Positions 1 through 10,350 of a stretch of 54,262 nt of DNA are shown here, one piece after another; within the stretch, counting starts at the first letter, position 1, and each line of letters begins with the position of its first letter. The notes beneath the pieces were generated by a model. It saw nothing but the letters and a program-made list of their open reading frames with translations. It was not told the DNA's origin and made no database searches. Origin of the DNA: an uncultured Clostridia bacterium (GTDB taxonomy: Bacteria; Bacillota; Clostridia; TANB77; CAG-508); assembly GCA_944388675.1 (NCBI GenBank), contig CALXJR010000001.1:1-54262 (forward strand), written 5' to 3'. The translations under genes were made by a program, and so were the position numbers.

Positions 1-471
1 ATGATGTCAGGTGCTATAATGAATAAAATATGGGGCGCATTTGGAATGGATGCAGAAGATAATGATGAGGAAGAATACGAAGATGTAGAAGAAAACGAAG
101 AAGAAGATAATGGCAGAGAAAACAAATTATGGGGTAGACGTAACAAAGTTGTAAATATGCCACAACCACAACAAGTGAGAATGGTAATATCTCAACCTAC
201 AACTTTTGATCAAGCCGAAGATATATGTGATTTATTAAAAGAAAAACAATCAGTAATAGTAAACTTGGAATATGTTAATAAAGATATTGCAAGAAGAATT
301 ATTGATGTTGTTAGTGGAGCTGTACATGCATTAGATGGCCATATACAAAAGGTTTCTAATTCAATATTTTTAATTGCTCCTTATAACTATGAAATAACAA
401 ATGAAATGGCTAGAGAAGAAATAAAAAATAAATTATCTGTTTCTTGGCTAAAGAATACTTCAAATAACTAG
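1..471 (+). CDS. sepF: Cell division protein SepF
   Basis: Acidic linker followed by a SepF/DUF552-like core (QSVIVNLEYVNKDIARRIIDVVSGAVHALDGHIQKVSNSIFLIAP). It lies directly upstream of a DivIVA-domain gene. The ORF begins at the window edge, so the true start is uncertain. Confidence 0.8.
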   Translation: MMSGAIMNKIWGAFGMDAEDNDEEEYEDVEENEEEDNGRENKLWGRRNKVVNMPQPQQVRMVISQPTTFDQAEDICDLLKEKQSVIVNLEYVNKDIARRIIDVVSGAVHALDGHIQKVSNSIFLIAPYNYEITNEMAREEIKNKLSVSWLKNTSNN

Positions 472-496
472 ATTTAATATAATATAGGAGGCTATA

Positions 497-958
497 ATGA
501 TTACACCTTTAGAAATAGAAAATAAAAAATTCTCTAAACAAATGATGAGTGGCTATAGTGTAGAAGAAGTTGATGATTTTTTAGATGAAGTTACAGTTGA
601 CTATGAGAAATTGTATAAAGAAAGTAATGAAAACAAAAACAAAATAGATGAACTTGAGGCAAGTTTAAAACACTATAAATCTATTGAGGAAACTTTAAAT
701 AATACTTTAATAATGGCACAATCTACTGCAGAAGATATAAAAAATGTTGCAAAACAACAAGCAGATCAAATTGTAAAAGATGCAGAAGCTGGTGCAAAAC
801 AATCTTTAGCCACATTAGAACAACAAGTTGTATTAAAACAAAAGGAATTAGAAGATTTACAAAAACAATTTGATGTTTATAAAGCAAAAATGGAATCATT
901 ACTAATTTCTCAATTAGAATTAATAAAAGATATAAATAAAGATCAAAGTAATAACTAA
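497..958 (+). CDS. divIVA: DivIVA-domain cell division/septum protein
   Basis: N-terminus MITPLEIENKKFSKQMMSGYSVEEVDDFLDEV is the canonical DivIVA motif, followed by coiled coil. AGGAGG RBS at 486-491. Confidence 0.85.
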   Translation: MITPLEIENKKFSKQMMSGYSVEEVDDFLDEVTVDYEKLYKESNENKNKIDELEASLKHYKSIEETLNNTLIMAQSTAEDIKNVAKQQADQIVKDAEAGAKQSLATLEQQVVLKQKELEDLQKQFDVYKAKMESLLISQLELIKDINKDQSNN

Positions 959-973
959 AATACAAAAACAGAA

Positions 974-1003
974 AGATTTGGACTAAATTCCAAGTCTTTT
1001 TTT
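974..1003 (+). terminator. Rho-independent terminator after divIVA
   Basis: 9-bp stem agatttgga/tccaagtct (one G-U pair), 6-nt loop, then a run of 6-7 T. Confidence 0.7.
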
Positions 1004-1138
1004 GCTTAAAAAAATTACAAAAACAAATAAAATATTACAGCTGTGTTAAATGTATGTTACATTTAGGTTATAGATATTGACATTAAAGTGAAAAAATAAT
1101 ATATATGATATATATAACAATATATTATGGAGGATTAG

Positions 1139-1697
1139 ATGAGAGTTATAAGTGGTAGTGCAAGGCGGCACTATATTACATTCTATAGATGATCAGAATA
1201 CAAGGCCTACTTTAGATAGAGTTAAAGAATCTTTATTTAATATAATCCAAAATAATATAGTTGATGCAATTATATTAGACTTGTTTACTGGAAGTGGAGC
1301 AGTTAGTATTGAGTTTTTAAGTAGAGGTGCTAAAGAAGCATATTTATGTGATAATTCAAAAAAAGCAATGAATATGGCTAAAAAGAATTTAGAAAAAACC
1401 AAACTTATAGAAAAAGCAAATTTTTTTAATTGTGACTATCAAGAGTGTTTGAATTTATTAAGCTTAAGAAATATTAAATTTGATATTATTTTCTTAGATC
1501 CACCATATAAACAGGATTTATCAGTAAAAGCTTTAAAATTAATAGACAGTAAACAATTATTAAAAAAAGACGGAATAGTTATAATAGAAACAGATGAACC
1601 CGAAAGAGATATAAGAGAAATGGAATTACTACATATAAATTATAAAATGTATGATTTAAGAAAATACGGAAGAGCTTCTCTAATTTTTCTTAAATGA
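1139..1697 (+). CDS. rsmD: 16S rRNA (guanine966-N2)-methyltransferase RsmD, reading frame interrupted at in-frame CGG 1166-1168 (continues in +1)
   Basis: ATG 1139 has a GGAGGA RBS and encodes MRVISGSAR, then CGG. Frame 0 stops at 1190-1192. The +1 frame from 1167 gives GTILHSIDDQNTRPTLDRVKESLFNII..., with the SAM motif ILDLFTGSGAVSIEF and IIFLDPPY. Confidence 0.8.
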
Positions 1698-1708
1698 AGG
1701 GAGAAACA

Positions 1709-2146
1709 ATGGAAATATTTACATTATTACAGAAAATTGAAGATATTCTAGAAGATAGTAAAAGGCTACCTTTTAGTCATAAAGTTATAATAAATCAAGA
1801 AGAATTATTAGATATTATAAAAGAAATAAGATTAAAATTGCCAGATGAATTAAGAGAAGCAAAAGCAATAAAAGAAGAACATGATAGAATAATAACAAAA
1901 GCAAATGAAGAAGCTGGAGAAATTGTAAAAGAAGCAGAGAACAGAATAATTTCAATGATAGATGAACACGAAATTACAAAGAAAGCATATGAACAAAAAA
2001 ATAAGATAATTGAAAATGCAAATGATATGGCAAGAGAAATTTCAAACGGTACAAAAGCTTATGCAGACAGTATTTTAGAAAGTGTACAAGTAACTTTAGA
2101 AGATGCTTTAAAGGTTATAGAAAGTAACAGAAAAGAAGTTAAATAA
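1709..2146 (+). CDS. Coiled-coil protein of unknown function (K/E-rich, ATPase-stalk-subunit-like composition)
   Basis: ORF with AAGGGAG RBS 5 nt upstream of ATG 1709 (the track start 1694 lies inside the rsmD stop region). No catalytic motif recognised. Confidence 0.6.
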   Translation: MEIFTLLQKIEDILEDSKRLPFSHKVIINQEELLDIIKEIRLKLPDELREAKAIKEEHDRIITKANEEAGEIVKEAENRIISMIDEHEITKKAYEQKNKIIENANDMAREISNGTKAYADSILESVQVTLEDALKVIESNRKEVK

Positions 2147-2158
2147 ATATTGTTAAAA

Positions 2159-2203
2159 AACTGTGAATAGTAAGAATATTAAATTTTGCTATTCACAGTT
2201 TTT
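2159..2203 (+). terminator. Rho-independent terminator
   Basis: Perfect stem aactgtgaatag/ctattcacagtt with an 18-nt loop, followed by a T-run. Confidence 0.8.
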
Positions 2204-2307
2204 AAACTGTATATTAAGAAAATTTATATATTTTTTTTTAATTCTATGTACATTTTTTTAATTTTGATATAGAATATTTACGAAATATCTAAAATACGGA
2301 GGAAGAA

Positions 2308-4659
2308 ATGGCAAAAAGAGGCAGGAAAAAGAAGAAACAACTTAATCAAAATGTATTTGTTGCAGTAATGATTATTGCAAGTATTTTACTTGCTGTTTTA
2401 ATATATACAAATTCAGGATTTATTGGAGAACATTTAAGCCCATTTTTAGGAGGAATAATGGGTTATATAAAATACATATTACCAATAGGTTTATTTGCAC
2501 TTTCTATCTATATTGCTTATCAGGGTGAAACTTCTTGGGGAAAAAAGATTTTACAATTTTCTTTGATTCTTTTATGTATTTCAATAATAATGAACGTTTA
2601 TGAGATAAATCAAGGAAATGTTGTTATTTCTGGTAGAGATTTTCAAAATGTACTATCTCAATTTTATGATTTAGGTTCAGAAGATATTGGAGGAGGAGCA
2701 ATTGCAGCTATATTTACAATGCCTTTAATAGAATTATTAGGACAATTAGGAACTGTTATATTAACAGCAGGAGTTATTGTAGCTCTAACAATTTCTATGT
2801 TTGGTATAGATGTTGTAAATAGAATTTCTGCTGTAATTGATGATGCTAAAGAAAGAAAAGTCCCTAAATATGCAAATGCAAAAGAACATGAAGAAAAAAT
2901 CATAGGAATTGAAAATAAACCTGAAACTAAGAAAGAAAGAAAACTAAGAGAAAAATTAGAAAAAGAAAAAGCTGCACTAGATGTAGAGCAACTACAAATA
3001 AAATTAAATGGTAAAGAGCCAGAACAAACAAAGTTATTCGATTTTGATAAAGAAGCAAAAAATAGTAAAAAATCATATGTAGAAAAAGAAAGCAAACCTA
3101 AACAATCTCCAGAATTTATAGAAGATCCATTATTTAAAACGCAGGAAGAACAAAAAGAAGAAAAAACAAAAGAAGTATTACAATTAGAACATACTCAAAC
3201 AGTTGAAGATGATAATTATGAGTTTCCACCTTATAATTTATTAAGTGAAGGAACATCAAAAGGAATTAAAGGTGGCAAAAAAGCATTAACAGATACAGCA
3301 TCAAAATTACAAAAAACTTTATATAGTTTTGGTGTTTCAGCAAAAGTTGAAAATGTATCTGTAGGACCTGCAATTACTAGATATGAGTTAAAACCAGCAG
3401 AGGGTGTACGTGTTAGTAAAATTGCAAATTTAGCAGATGACATAGCTTTAAATTTAGCTGCCAAAACAATAAGAATAGAAGCACCTATACCTGGTAAACA
3501 AGCAGTTGGTATAGAAGTTCCAAACGAAACAAGTGAAATAGTTCATATAAGAGATATATTAGAATCAGATGAATTTATTAATAATAAATCAAAACTTGCA
3601 TTTGCTTTAGGTAAAGATGTATCTGGTGCAATAATTGTAACAGATATTGCTAAGATGCCACATGTTATGATTGCAGGAGCAACAGGTTCTGGTAAAAGTG
3701 TTTGTATTAATACTTTAATTACAAGCATAATATATAAAGCAAAACCTAGTGAAGTAAAATTAGTAATGGTCGATCCTAAAATTGTTGAATTATCTGTTTA
3801 TAATGGAATACCTCATTTATTAATTCCAGTAGTAACAGATCCTAAAAAAGCTGCAGGAGCACTTGCATGGGCTGTTCAAGAAATGGAAAATAGATATGCA
3901 ATGTTTGCATCAAAAGGAGTTAGAGATTTAAAAGGATATAATGAAGCAATAGAAAAAGAAGATACAATGGGAAAATTGCCTCATATTGTTATAATTATAG
4001 ATGAGCTTGCAGATTTAATGATGGTAGCTAAAAATGATGTAGAAGATGCAATATGTAGATTAGCACAAAAAGCTAGAGCTGCTGGAATGCATTTAGTAAT
4101 TGCAACACAACGTCCATCTGTTGATGTAATTACAGGATTAATAAAAGCAAATATTCCTTCTAGAATTGCTTTTGCTGTTTCATCACAAGTTGACTCAAGA
4201 ACAATATTAGATCAAGTTGGTGCAGAAAAATTATTAGGAAAAGGTGATATGCTATTTTATCCTACAGGTGCACCAAAACCCGTTAGAATACAAGGAGCTT
4301 TTATTTCAGATAAAGAAGTAGAAAAAGTAGTTAACTTTGTAAAAGCAAACGGAGAATCTACATATAGAGATGATATAACAGAATATATAGAAAAAGCAAA
4401 TACCACAGATAAAGAACAAGCCGAGGGTGCAGGAAGTGATGATGATGCAGATGAATTGCTAAATGATGCAATTGAAACTGTAATTGAAACTGGACAAGCA
4501 TCTACATCGTTTATTCAAAGAAAATTTAAGGTTGGATATGCTAGAGCCGGCAGAATAATAGATCAAATGGAAGAAAGAGGAATAATTTCTGGATATCAAG
4601 GAAGTAAACCAAGAGAAGTGTTAATGACAAAAGAGCGTTGGAAAGAATTAAATTCATAA
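2308..4659 (+). CDS. ftsK: DNA translocase FtsK/SpoIIIE
   Basis: N-terminal TM helices and a K/E-rich linker. Walker A GATGSGKSV, Walker B IIIDELADLM, ATQRPSVDVITG, and a C-terminal gamma winged-helix (ASTSFIQRKFKVGYARAGRIIDQME). Confidence 0.95.
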   Translation: MAKRGRKKKKQLNQNVFVAVMIIASILLAVLIYTNSGFIGEHLSPFLGGIMGYIKYILPIGLFALSIYIAYQGETSWGKKILQFSLILLCISIIMNVYEINQGNVVISGRDFQNVLSQFYDLGSEDIGGGAIAAIFTMPLIELLGQLGTVILTAGVIVALTISMFGIDVVNRISAVIDDAKERKVPKYANAKEHEEKIIGIENKPETKKERKLREKLEKEKAALDVEQLQIKLNGKEPEQTKLFDFDKEAKNSKKSYVEKESKPKQSPEFIEDPLFKTQEEQKEEKTKEVLQLEHTQTVEDDNYEFPPYNLLSEGTSKGIKGGKKALTDTASKLQKTLYSFGVSAKVENVSVGPAITRYELKPAEGVRVSKIANLADDIALNLAAKTIRIEAPIPGKQAVGIEVPNETSEIVHIRDILESDEFINNKSKLAFALGKDVSGAIIVTDIAKMPHVMIAGATGSGKSVCINTLITSIIYKAKPSEVKLVMVDPKIVELSVYNGIPHLLIPVVTDPKKAAGALAWAVQEMENRYAMFASKGVRDLKGYNEAIEKEDTMGKLPHIVIIIDELADLMMVAKNDVEDAICRLAQKARAAGMHLVIATQRPSVDVITGLIKANIPSRIAFAVSSQVDSRTILDQVGAEKLLGKGDMLFYPTGAPKPVRIQGAFISDKEVEKVVNFVKANGESTYRDDITEYIEKANTTDKEQAEGAGSDDDADELLNDAIETVIETGQASTSFIQRKFKVGYARAGRIIDQMEERGIISGYQGSKPREVLMTKERWKELNS

Positions 4660-4690
4660 AAAACAAAAGCAAAAAAGGAGAAAATTACTT

Positions 4691-6259
4691 ATGAATATAT
4701 TATCAAAGCTTACTTCTAATGAATACAACAATAAATTAGAAAACATTTTAGAAACAAAAAAGTTTGATGTTGAAGTAAAAAATTTATTATTAAGTATGTT
4801 GTATAAAATAGAAACAGGCTATGAAGATTATAAAAAAGTAAAGGTAGATGCTGAAGAAAAAGATATTTTTATTAGAAGAATATTAAGTATTATACAAAAT
4901 GAATGTGAAGAAATAAAAGTAGTTACACCACAAACTTTTAAAAGTAAGCCTCTTGAAGAAAAAAACAACATATGCCTTGTTGATGAAGAAAGAGGCTCTA
5001 TTTTAGTGTACGCAAATGAATTAGACTTATTGTATTCACTATTTGAAATGGATTATAAATTTCAACAAAAAGATATTGTAAGCAAAGAGGAAGATCCTAT
5101 AATAGGTAATATACAAAGTTTTTATAAAGTAGCAAATGGAATAGATGAGAGTGAAATAATTAGAGACTTTGATGGTTGGTCTTGGAATAATAACATAAAA
5201 GACCAAGAAAATATTAAAATTAATTTCATATATCAAACTATGCAAGTTTTGCTAGGAAAGAAAATAACACATAAGCTATTAAATAACCCCGAAGAAATTA
5301 AAAAAACTTTAGAAGGAAATGAAGAATTTAAAAAAAGTATATATGTACTAATATTAATAATGATTGCCAAAAAAGATAACAATTTAAGACAAAACTTAGA
5401 AAATATAAAAAATGAAAAAGAAAAAGAATATAAATTAATAAATGATAAAGCTCAGTTTATATTATATACTACAGAAGAAAAAAAGAAACTTAATAATGAT
5501 ATAAAAAAAATAGATGAAATATTAAACGATAAAGATAAATTAAGATATGAATATTATAAACGTAATGAGAAATTACCAAATAAAGAAAAAATCTTTAGCA
5601 TAAGTCATTTAGCAGATATGTTGGAAAATGAAAGAAAAGAAAAATTGGAAGAAATAAAGAAAAAAAATAAGATGCTAGAGCCACTTGAATATGTAAGGCA
5701 AAAAGATAAAAATGAAAAAGACGTTTTATTTTTAAATTCAATTATTGAAGGTGTTTATGATAAAGAAAAGGAAAAAAATGCAATAGTAAATGTACAACAA
5801 ATGTTTTTAAAAAAATTTCAAGAGAAAATTGAAAAAGCAGATAAAGATAAACTTTTGGAATTAATATATAGATTTAGATATTATTGTTTAATTCCTATTA
5901 CTAGAAGAAAATCAATAAAAGATATTCCTGAGATTCAAAAACAATTAGCAGATGTTACAAATTGTTTAATAGATAATGGAATATATAAACAAATAATTGT
6001 CAATTTTTCAGATAGTACAAGTGTATGTTATAACATATTAAAATATGTTTTTATAAGTAAAATAATAAATTTACAAGAAGTTGAAATAATGATAAATAAA
6101 TTAGATAATAAAAAACAAAATGATGGACTAGAGGCTAGGATAAAAGTTAGTATATTTGATGTAAAAGATAAGGAAAAAACATATGAAGAAACTGTAAAAC
6201 ATTTAAAATTAATAAAAGTTAAATTTAACAAAAAGATAAAAGTATTTTTATATTCTTAA
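4691..6259 (+). CDS. Hypothetical K/E/N-rich protein (522 aa)
   Basis: Long ORF with AAGGAG RBS. No motif recognised by eye. Confidence 0.6.
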   Translation: MNILSKLTSNEYNNKLENILETKKFDVEVKNLLLSMLYKIETGYEDYKKVKVDAEEKDIFIRRILSIIQNECEEIKVVTPQTFKSKPLEEKNNICLVDEERGSILVYANELDLLYSLFEMDYKFQQKDIVSKEEDPIIGNIQSFYKVANGIDESEIIRDFDGWSWNNNIKDQENIKINFIYQTMQVLLGKKITHKLLNNPEEIKKTLEGNEEFKKSIYVLILIMIAKKDNNLRQNLENIKNEKEKEYKLINDKAQFILYTTEEKKKLNNDIKKIDEILNDKDKLRYEYYKRNEKLPNKEKIFSISHLADMLENERKEKLEEIKKKNKMLEPLEYVRQKDKNEKDVLFLNSIIEGVYDKEKEKNAIVNVQQMFLKKFQEKIEKADKDKLLELIYRFRYYCLIPITRRKSIKDIPEIQKQLADVTNCLIDNGIYKQIIVNFSDSTSVCYNILKYVFISKIINLQEVEIMINKLDNKKQNDGLEARIKVSIFDVKDKEKTYEETVKHLKLIKVKFNKKIKVFLYS

Positions 6260-6333
6260 GAAAAAAATTAATTTAAATAACATACTTAAAAACAAGTTTC
6301 TGCAATTTTATAAAATACGAAGGGAGAGATTTT

Positions 6334-7989
6334 ATGAATATTACCTTTTTGGGTGCAACAAAAACTGTAACAGGTTCCAATTTTTTAGTAGAAGGAGCTG
6401 GCAAGAAATTTTTAGTGGATTGTGGAATGTACCAAGGTAAAGCTACAGAAGAACTAGAAAATGAGGCACCATTTGTTTATGATGTAAAAGATATAGATTT
6501 TATGCTACTTACACATGCACATATAGACCATTCTGGAAGAATTCCTAAATTATATAATGAAGGCTTTAGAGGTCCAATATATGCTACAAAAGCAACATGT
6601 GATTTATGTGCAATAATGTTACCTGATAGTGGACATATTCAAGAACAAGAAAACGAATGGAAAAATAAGAAAAGAAAAAGAAAAGGTGAAAAAGAGCTTC
6701 CACCACTTTACACAGCTGATGATGCTGTAAAAAGTTTAGAAATATTTAAAAAAGTAAAATATGACGAAATAATTGATATAGATGAACACATACATGCAAG
6801 ATTTAATGATGCAGGACATATGCTTGGCTCAAGCATCATTGAAGTATGGATAGAAGAAGATGGAAAAGAAACTAAAATAGTATTTTCAGGAGATTTAGGA
6901 AATAATGATATTCCTCTTTTATCATCTCCTACAATGATTGCAGATGCTGATTATTTAGTTATGGAATCAACATATGGAGATAGATTACATGTTGGAACAA
7001 AAGATAAGGCTCAAGTATTTTTAAATATAGTTTCTGAAACATTAGATAATGGTGGAACAGTTGTAATACCATCTTTTGCAGTTGGAAGAACACAAGAAAT
7101 TTTATATGAGCTAGATATGATAAAAGAGCAAAAAGGAAAAGATCCAAAATTTGAAGCAGAATATAACAAATTAATGCATGCGCCTGTATATGTAGATAGC
7201 CCACTTGCAATATCAGCAACTGAAGTATTTAAAAATAATGAAGATTTATTTGATGAAGAAACAAAAGCTATAATGGAAAGAGGAGATAATCCATTAGAAT
7301 TTCCAGGACTAAAATTTACAAGGACTGCGGATGAATCAAAAGCCTTAAACGAAAGTGATGAGCCATGTATAATAATTTCAGCAAGTGGAATGTGTGAAGT
7401 AGGAAGAATAAAACACCACCTTAAACATAATATTTGGAATCCAAAAAGTACAATACTTTTTGTTGGATATCAAGCTCCAGGAACTTTGGGTAGAACAATA
7501 GTAGATGGAGCAAAAAAAGTAAAAATATTTGGAGAAGAATTTAGTGTAAAGGCAAGAATTGAATATATAGAAGGATATTCTGGACACGCGGATCAAGAAT
7601 GGTTGTTAAATTTTGTATATTCTTTTATAAAAAAACCAAAACACATATTTATAGTACATGGAGAACCAAAAGCTCAAATGGTATTAAAAGATAAAATTGT
7701 ACAAAGTACAAATATTCCAGTTACAATTCCAGACTTTGGAGAAAGATATACATTAGATGATACATTTGCTATGGAAAAACCATATAATGATCCAGTAGAC
7801 AAGAAATATTTGAGATTACAAGTATTAGATAGGATACAGACATTGCAAGAAGAAATAGAGGATATGCAAAATATTGTAAAAGAAGACTTTTTAGAGCAGG
7901 ATAAAAGTGATGAAGAAATTAGCAAACTTAATGATAAAGTAAAAGATCTTGAAAAGAAAATATTGGAGATAATAGAAAATAAAGATTAA
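6334..7989 (+). CDS. MBL-fold beta-CASP family RNA-metabolising hydrolase
   Basis: HAHIDHSGRIP (HxHxDH), DAGHMLGS, ESTYGD and GYSGHADQ motifs are typical of beta-CASP nucleases. There is a C-terminal coiled-coil tail. Confidence 0.8.
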   Translation: MNITFLGATKTVTGSNFLVEGAGKKFLVDCGMYQGKATEELENEAPFVYDVKDIDFMLLTHAHIDHSGRIPKLYNEGFRGPIYATKATCDLCAIMLPDSGHIQEQENEWKNKKRKRKGEKELPPLYTADDAVKSLEIFKKVKYDEIIDIDEHIHARFNDAGHMLGSSIIEVWIEEDGKETKIVFSGDLGNNDIPLLSSPTMIADADYLVMESTYGDRLHVGTKDKAQVFLNIVSETLDNGGTVVIPSFAVGRTQEILYELDMIKEQKGKDPKFEAEYNKLMHAPVYVDSPLAISATEVFKNNEDLFDEETKAIMERGDNPLEFPGLKFTRTADESKALNESDEPCIIISASGMCEVGRIKHHLKHNIWNPKSTILFVGYQAPGTLGRTIVDGAKKVKIFGEEFSVKARIEYIEGYSGHADQEWLLNFVYSFIKKPKHIFIVHGEPKAQMVLKDKIVQSTNIPVTIPDFGERYTLDDTFAMEKPYNDPVDKKYLRLQVLDRIQTLQEEIEDMQNIVKEDFLEQDKSDEEISKLNDKVKDLEKKILEIIENKD

Positions 7990-8028
7990 CAAACAAAAAG
8001 ATAAAATTTAAAATTAAAGGAGTAAGTT

Positions 8029-9996
8029 ATGAGTCAAAAATTTTTTAATGATGCTATTATAGGAAATAAAGATATTACGGCAACTTTCAGTTCAAATGGA
8101 GAATTACTAAGATTATATTATCCAAATTCAGATTTTAAGCAATTTATAGATTTTTTTCATATGGGAGTAAAAATAAATGATTCAGCAATAATATATTTAC
8201 ATGAAGATGTAAATAACAGATACTATCAGTATTATACAGAAGATACCAATATATTAAATACAGAAATAGAAAATACTTATTTTAAATTAAATATTAAACA
8301 AACAGATTTCGTAATGATAAAGGAAAATGTTTTAGTAAGGAAATATACGTTTGTAAATTCAAATAAAATAGACTTGGACATAAATTTGTTAATACGTTCA
8401 AAACTTTTAACTAATGAAAATAATATGGTATCAGGAAAAGTTATAGAAAATGGATTAATACAATATAATCACGATTATACATTTGCAATATTTTCTAATC
8501 AAGATATAAATGGACATAGAATAAATGATGTACAAAATTATATACACGATGGTGTATTACAAGATAAAGATTATATAGGAATGTCAGCAGATTCCGCTAT
8601 AAGTTATAGTATGGGAGTTTTAAAGCCAGGTGATCAAAGAGAATTTTATATATGTATTTATTTAAAAAATAATAAAGAATTAAAAAAAGTTGAAGAAATA
8701 GAAGACGAAATCGATAGATTAACAAAAATAGAAATAAATAAAGAATATATACAAGCAAAAAAATATTGGAAAAACTACTTAGACAAACATGATGGATTAA
8801 AAATCAAAGATGTAGAAAACAAAATAGTAAATTCAAGAGTTAAGGAAATATATAAACGTACAATATTATTATTTCCATTACTACAAAATGAAGAAACAGG
8901 AGGAGTTTCAGCATCTGCAGAAGTAGATGAACAAAGACAAAAAAGTGGCAGATATGCATATTGTTGGCCAAGAGATGCGATTTTCATAACAAAAGCATTT
9001 GATTATCTAAATATGATTAAAGAAACAGATAGATTCTATGAAAACTTTTGTAAGAAAACCCAAAGTAAAACAGGAATGTGGGAACAAAGATTTTATACAG
9101 ATGGAAACTTAGCTCCTTGTTGGGGATATCAAATAGATGAAACAGCCAGTGTAATTTATGGAATGAATGAGCACTATAAAGCCACAAAAAACATTAAATT
9201 CCTAACTCAAAATTTAAAAATGTGTGAAAATGCATTACATTTTTTATTTAAATATTTGGAATATATTTTTAATGAGCAAGAAGAAAAAGATTTAGTTAAA
9301 AAAGAAATTCAAGATAAAATAAAAGAAACAGGCAAAGAAAAAGATAAAATATACAAGCATAAAAGTTATGACCTATGGGAAATGAATGAAGGTGTTCATT
9401 TATATTCTTTATCTAGTATTTATGCTGCTTTAAATTCAATGTATGAGATATATAATGCTGTAAAAGATAAATATCAAAGTAATAGATTAAAAATTGAGCA
9501 AATTGAAAAAAACATTGCTAAAATTGAACTTGAAAAAGAAAACATTAAAAAATATATATTAGATAATATGTATGATGAAGAATCAAAAATTTTATACAGA
9601 AATACATCAGATAAAAAAATGGATGTAAGTATAATAGGTTCTGTATATCCATTTGAGTTATTTGGACCAAAAGAAAAAAAGGTACAAAACACAGTAGAAA
9701 AAATAAATATGACATTAAGGACATATACAAATGGCTATTTGAGATTTGAACAAGACAGTTATATGGGAGGAAGAAATCCTTGGCCAATTGCAACATTATG
9801 GATGGCAATGTACTATATAAAAAATGGAGAAAAGAAAAAAGCAAAAGAATGCTTTGACTTTGTTACAAACAGCTCAAGTGATTTAGGCTTACTTGCAGAG
9901 CAAGTAGATAACTCATCAATGAAACCAAGTTGGGTAATAGGACTTGGTTGGTCACATGCAATGTATATAATCACACTTGCAGAATTAATAAAATAA
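8029..9996 (+). CDS. Glycoside hydrolase family 15 (glucoamylase/glucodextranase-like)
   Basis: YCWPRDA, GYQIDETA, SYDLWEMNEG (general-acid region) and WSHAMYI are motifs typical of GH15. Confidence 0.75.
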   Translation: MSQKFFNDAIIGNKDITATFSSNGELLRLYYPNSDFKQFIDFFHMGVKINDSAIIYLHEDVNNRYYQYYTEDTNILNTEIENTYFKLNIKQTDFVMIKENVLVRKYTFVNSNKIDLDINLLIRSKLLTNENNMVSGKVIENGLIQYNHDYTFAIFSNQDINGHRINDVQNYIHDGVLQDKDYIGMSADSAISYSMGVLKPGDQREFYICIYLKNNKELKKVEEIEDEIDRLTKIEINKEYIQAKKYWKNYLDKHDGLKIKDVENKIVNSRVKEIYKRTILLFPLLQNEETGGVSASAEVDEQRQKSGRYAYCWPRDAIFITKAFDYLNMIKETDRFYENFCKKTQSKTGMWEQRFYTDGNLAPCWGYQIDETASVIYGMNEHYKATKNIKFLTQNLKMCENALHFLFKYLEYIFNEQEEKDLVKKEIQDKIKETGKEKDKIYKHKSYDLWEMNEGVHLYSLSSIYAALNSMYEIYNAVKDKYQSNRLKIEQIEKNIAKIELEKENIKKYILDNMYDEESKILYRNTSDKKMDVSIIGSVYPFELFGPKEKKVQNTVEKINMTLRTYTNGYLRFEQDSYMGGRNPWPIATLWMAMYYIKNGEKKKAKECFDFVTNSSSDLGLLAEQVDNSSMKPSWVIGLGWSHAMYIITLAELIK

Positions 9997-9999
9997 TAG

Positions 10000-10071
10000 G
10001 GTGCTTTTGGGGACGTTTCACTAAAGCATCAAAAAGGTGTTTTTGGGGACAGGTCTCTAAATCATAAAAAA
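10000..10071. repeat. Tandem direct repeat, 2 x 36 nt (29/36 identical)
   Basis: The two units are GGTGCTTTTGGGGACGTTTCACTAAAGCATCAAAAA and GGTGTTTTTGGGGACAGGTCTCTAAATCATAAAAAA. They are locally G-rich in an AT-rich spacer. Confidence 0.85.
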
Positions 10072-10139
10072 TTCCAAGATTTATTTTTGATGTACCTATA
10101 AAAGTACCTTAAATGTATAAATTTTCTGTAATAGATTTA

Positions 10140-10168
10140 TTGAAAAAAAGAGTATAAAATGTTATAAT
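10140..10168 (+). promoter_or_regulatory. Sigma-A-type promoter (TTGAAA-17 nt-TATAAT)
   Basis: -35 TTGAAA at 10140-10145, -10 TATAAT at 10163-10168, 17-nt spacer. It lies upstream of the small ORF and cdaA. Confidence 0.6.
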
Positions 10169-10201
10169 ATTTTTAGTTTTTTTAACAAGGAGGAATATTC
10201 T

Positions 10202-10318
10202 ATGGCAAAAAGAAAACATGAAGCAGGAAAAATATTTGTTAAAGTTATGGCAGGATTACTTGCTATATTAATGATTTTAGCAGTATCTACAACACTTTTA
10301 TATTATTTATTTGCTTAA
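10202..10318 (+). CDS. Small membrane protein (38 aa)
   Basis: The ORF is not in the track. AAGGAGGA RBS 6 nt upstream. MAKRKHEAGKIFVKVMAGLLAILMILAVSTTLLYYLFA has a basic N-terminus and one TM helix. Confidence 0.5.
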   Translation: MAKRKHEAGKIFVKVMAGLLAILMILAVSTTLLYYLFA

Positions 10319-10350
10319 AAAATGCTTAAACGAAATAAAGGAAGTAAAAT

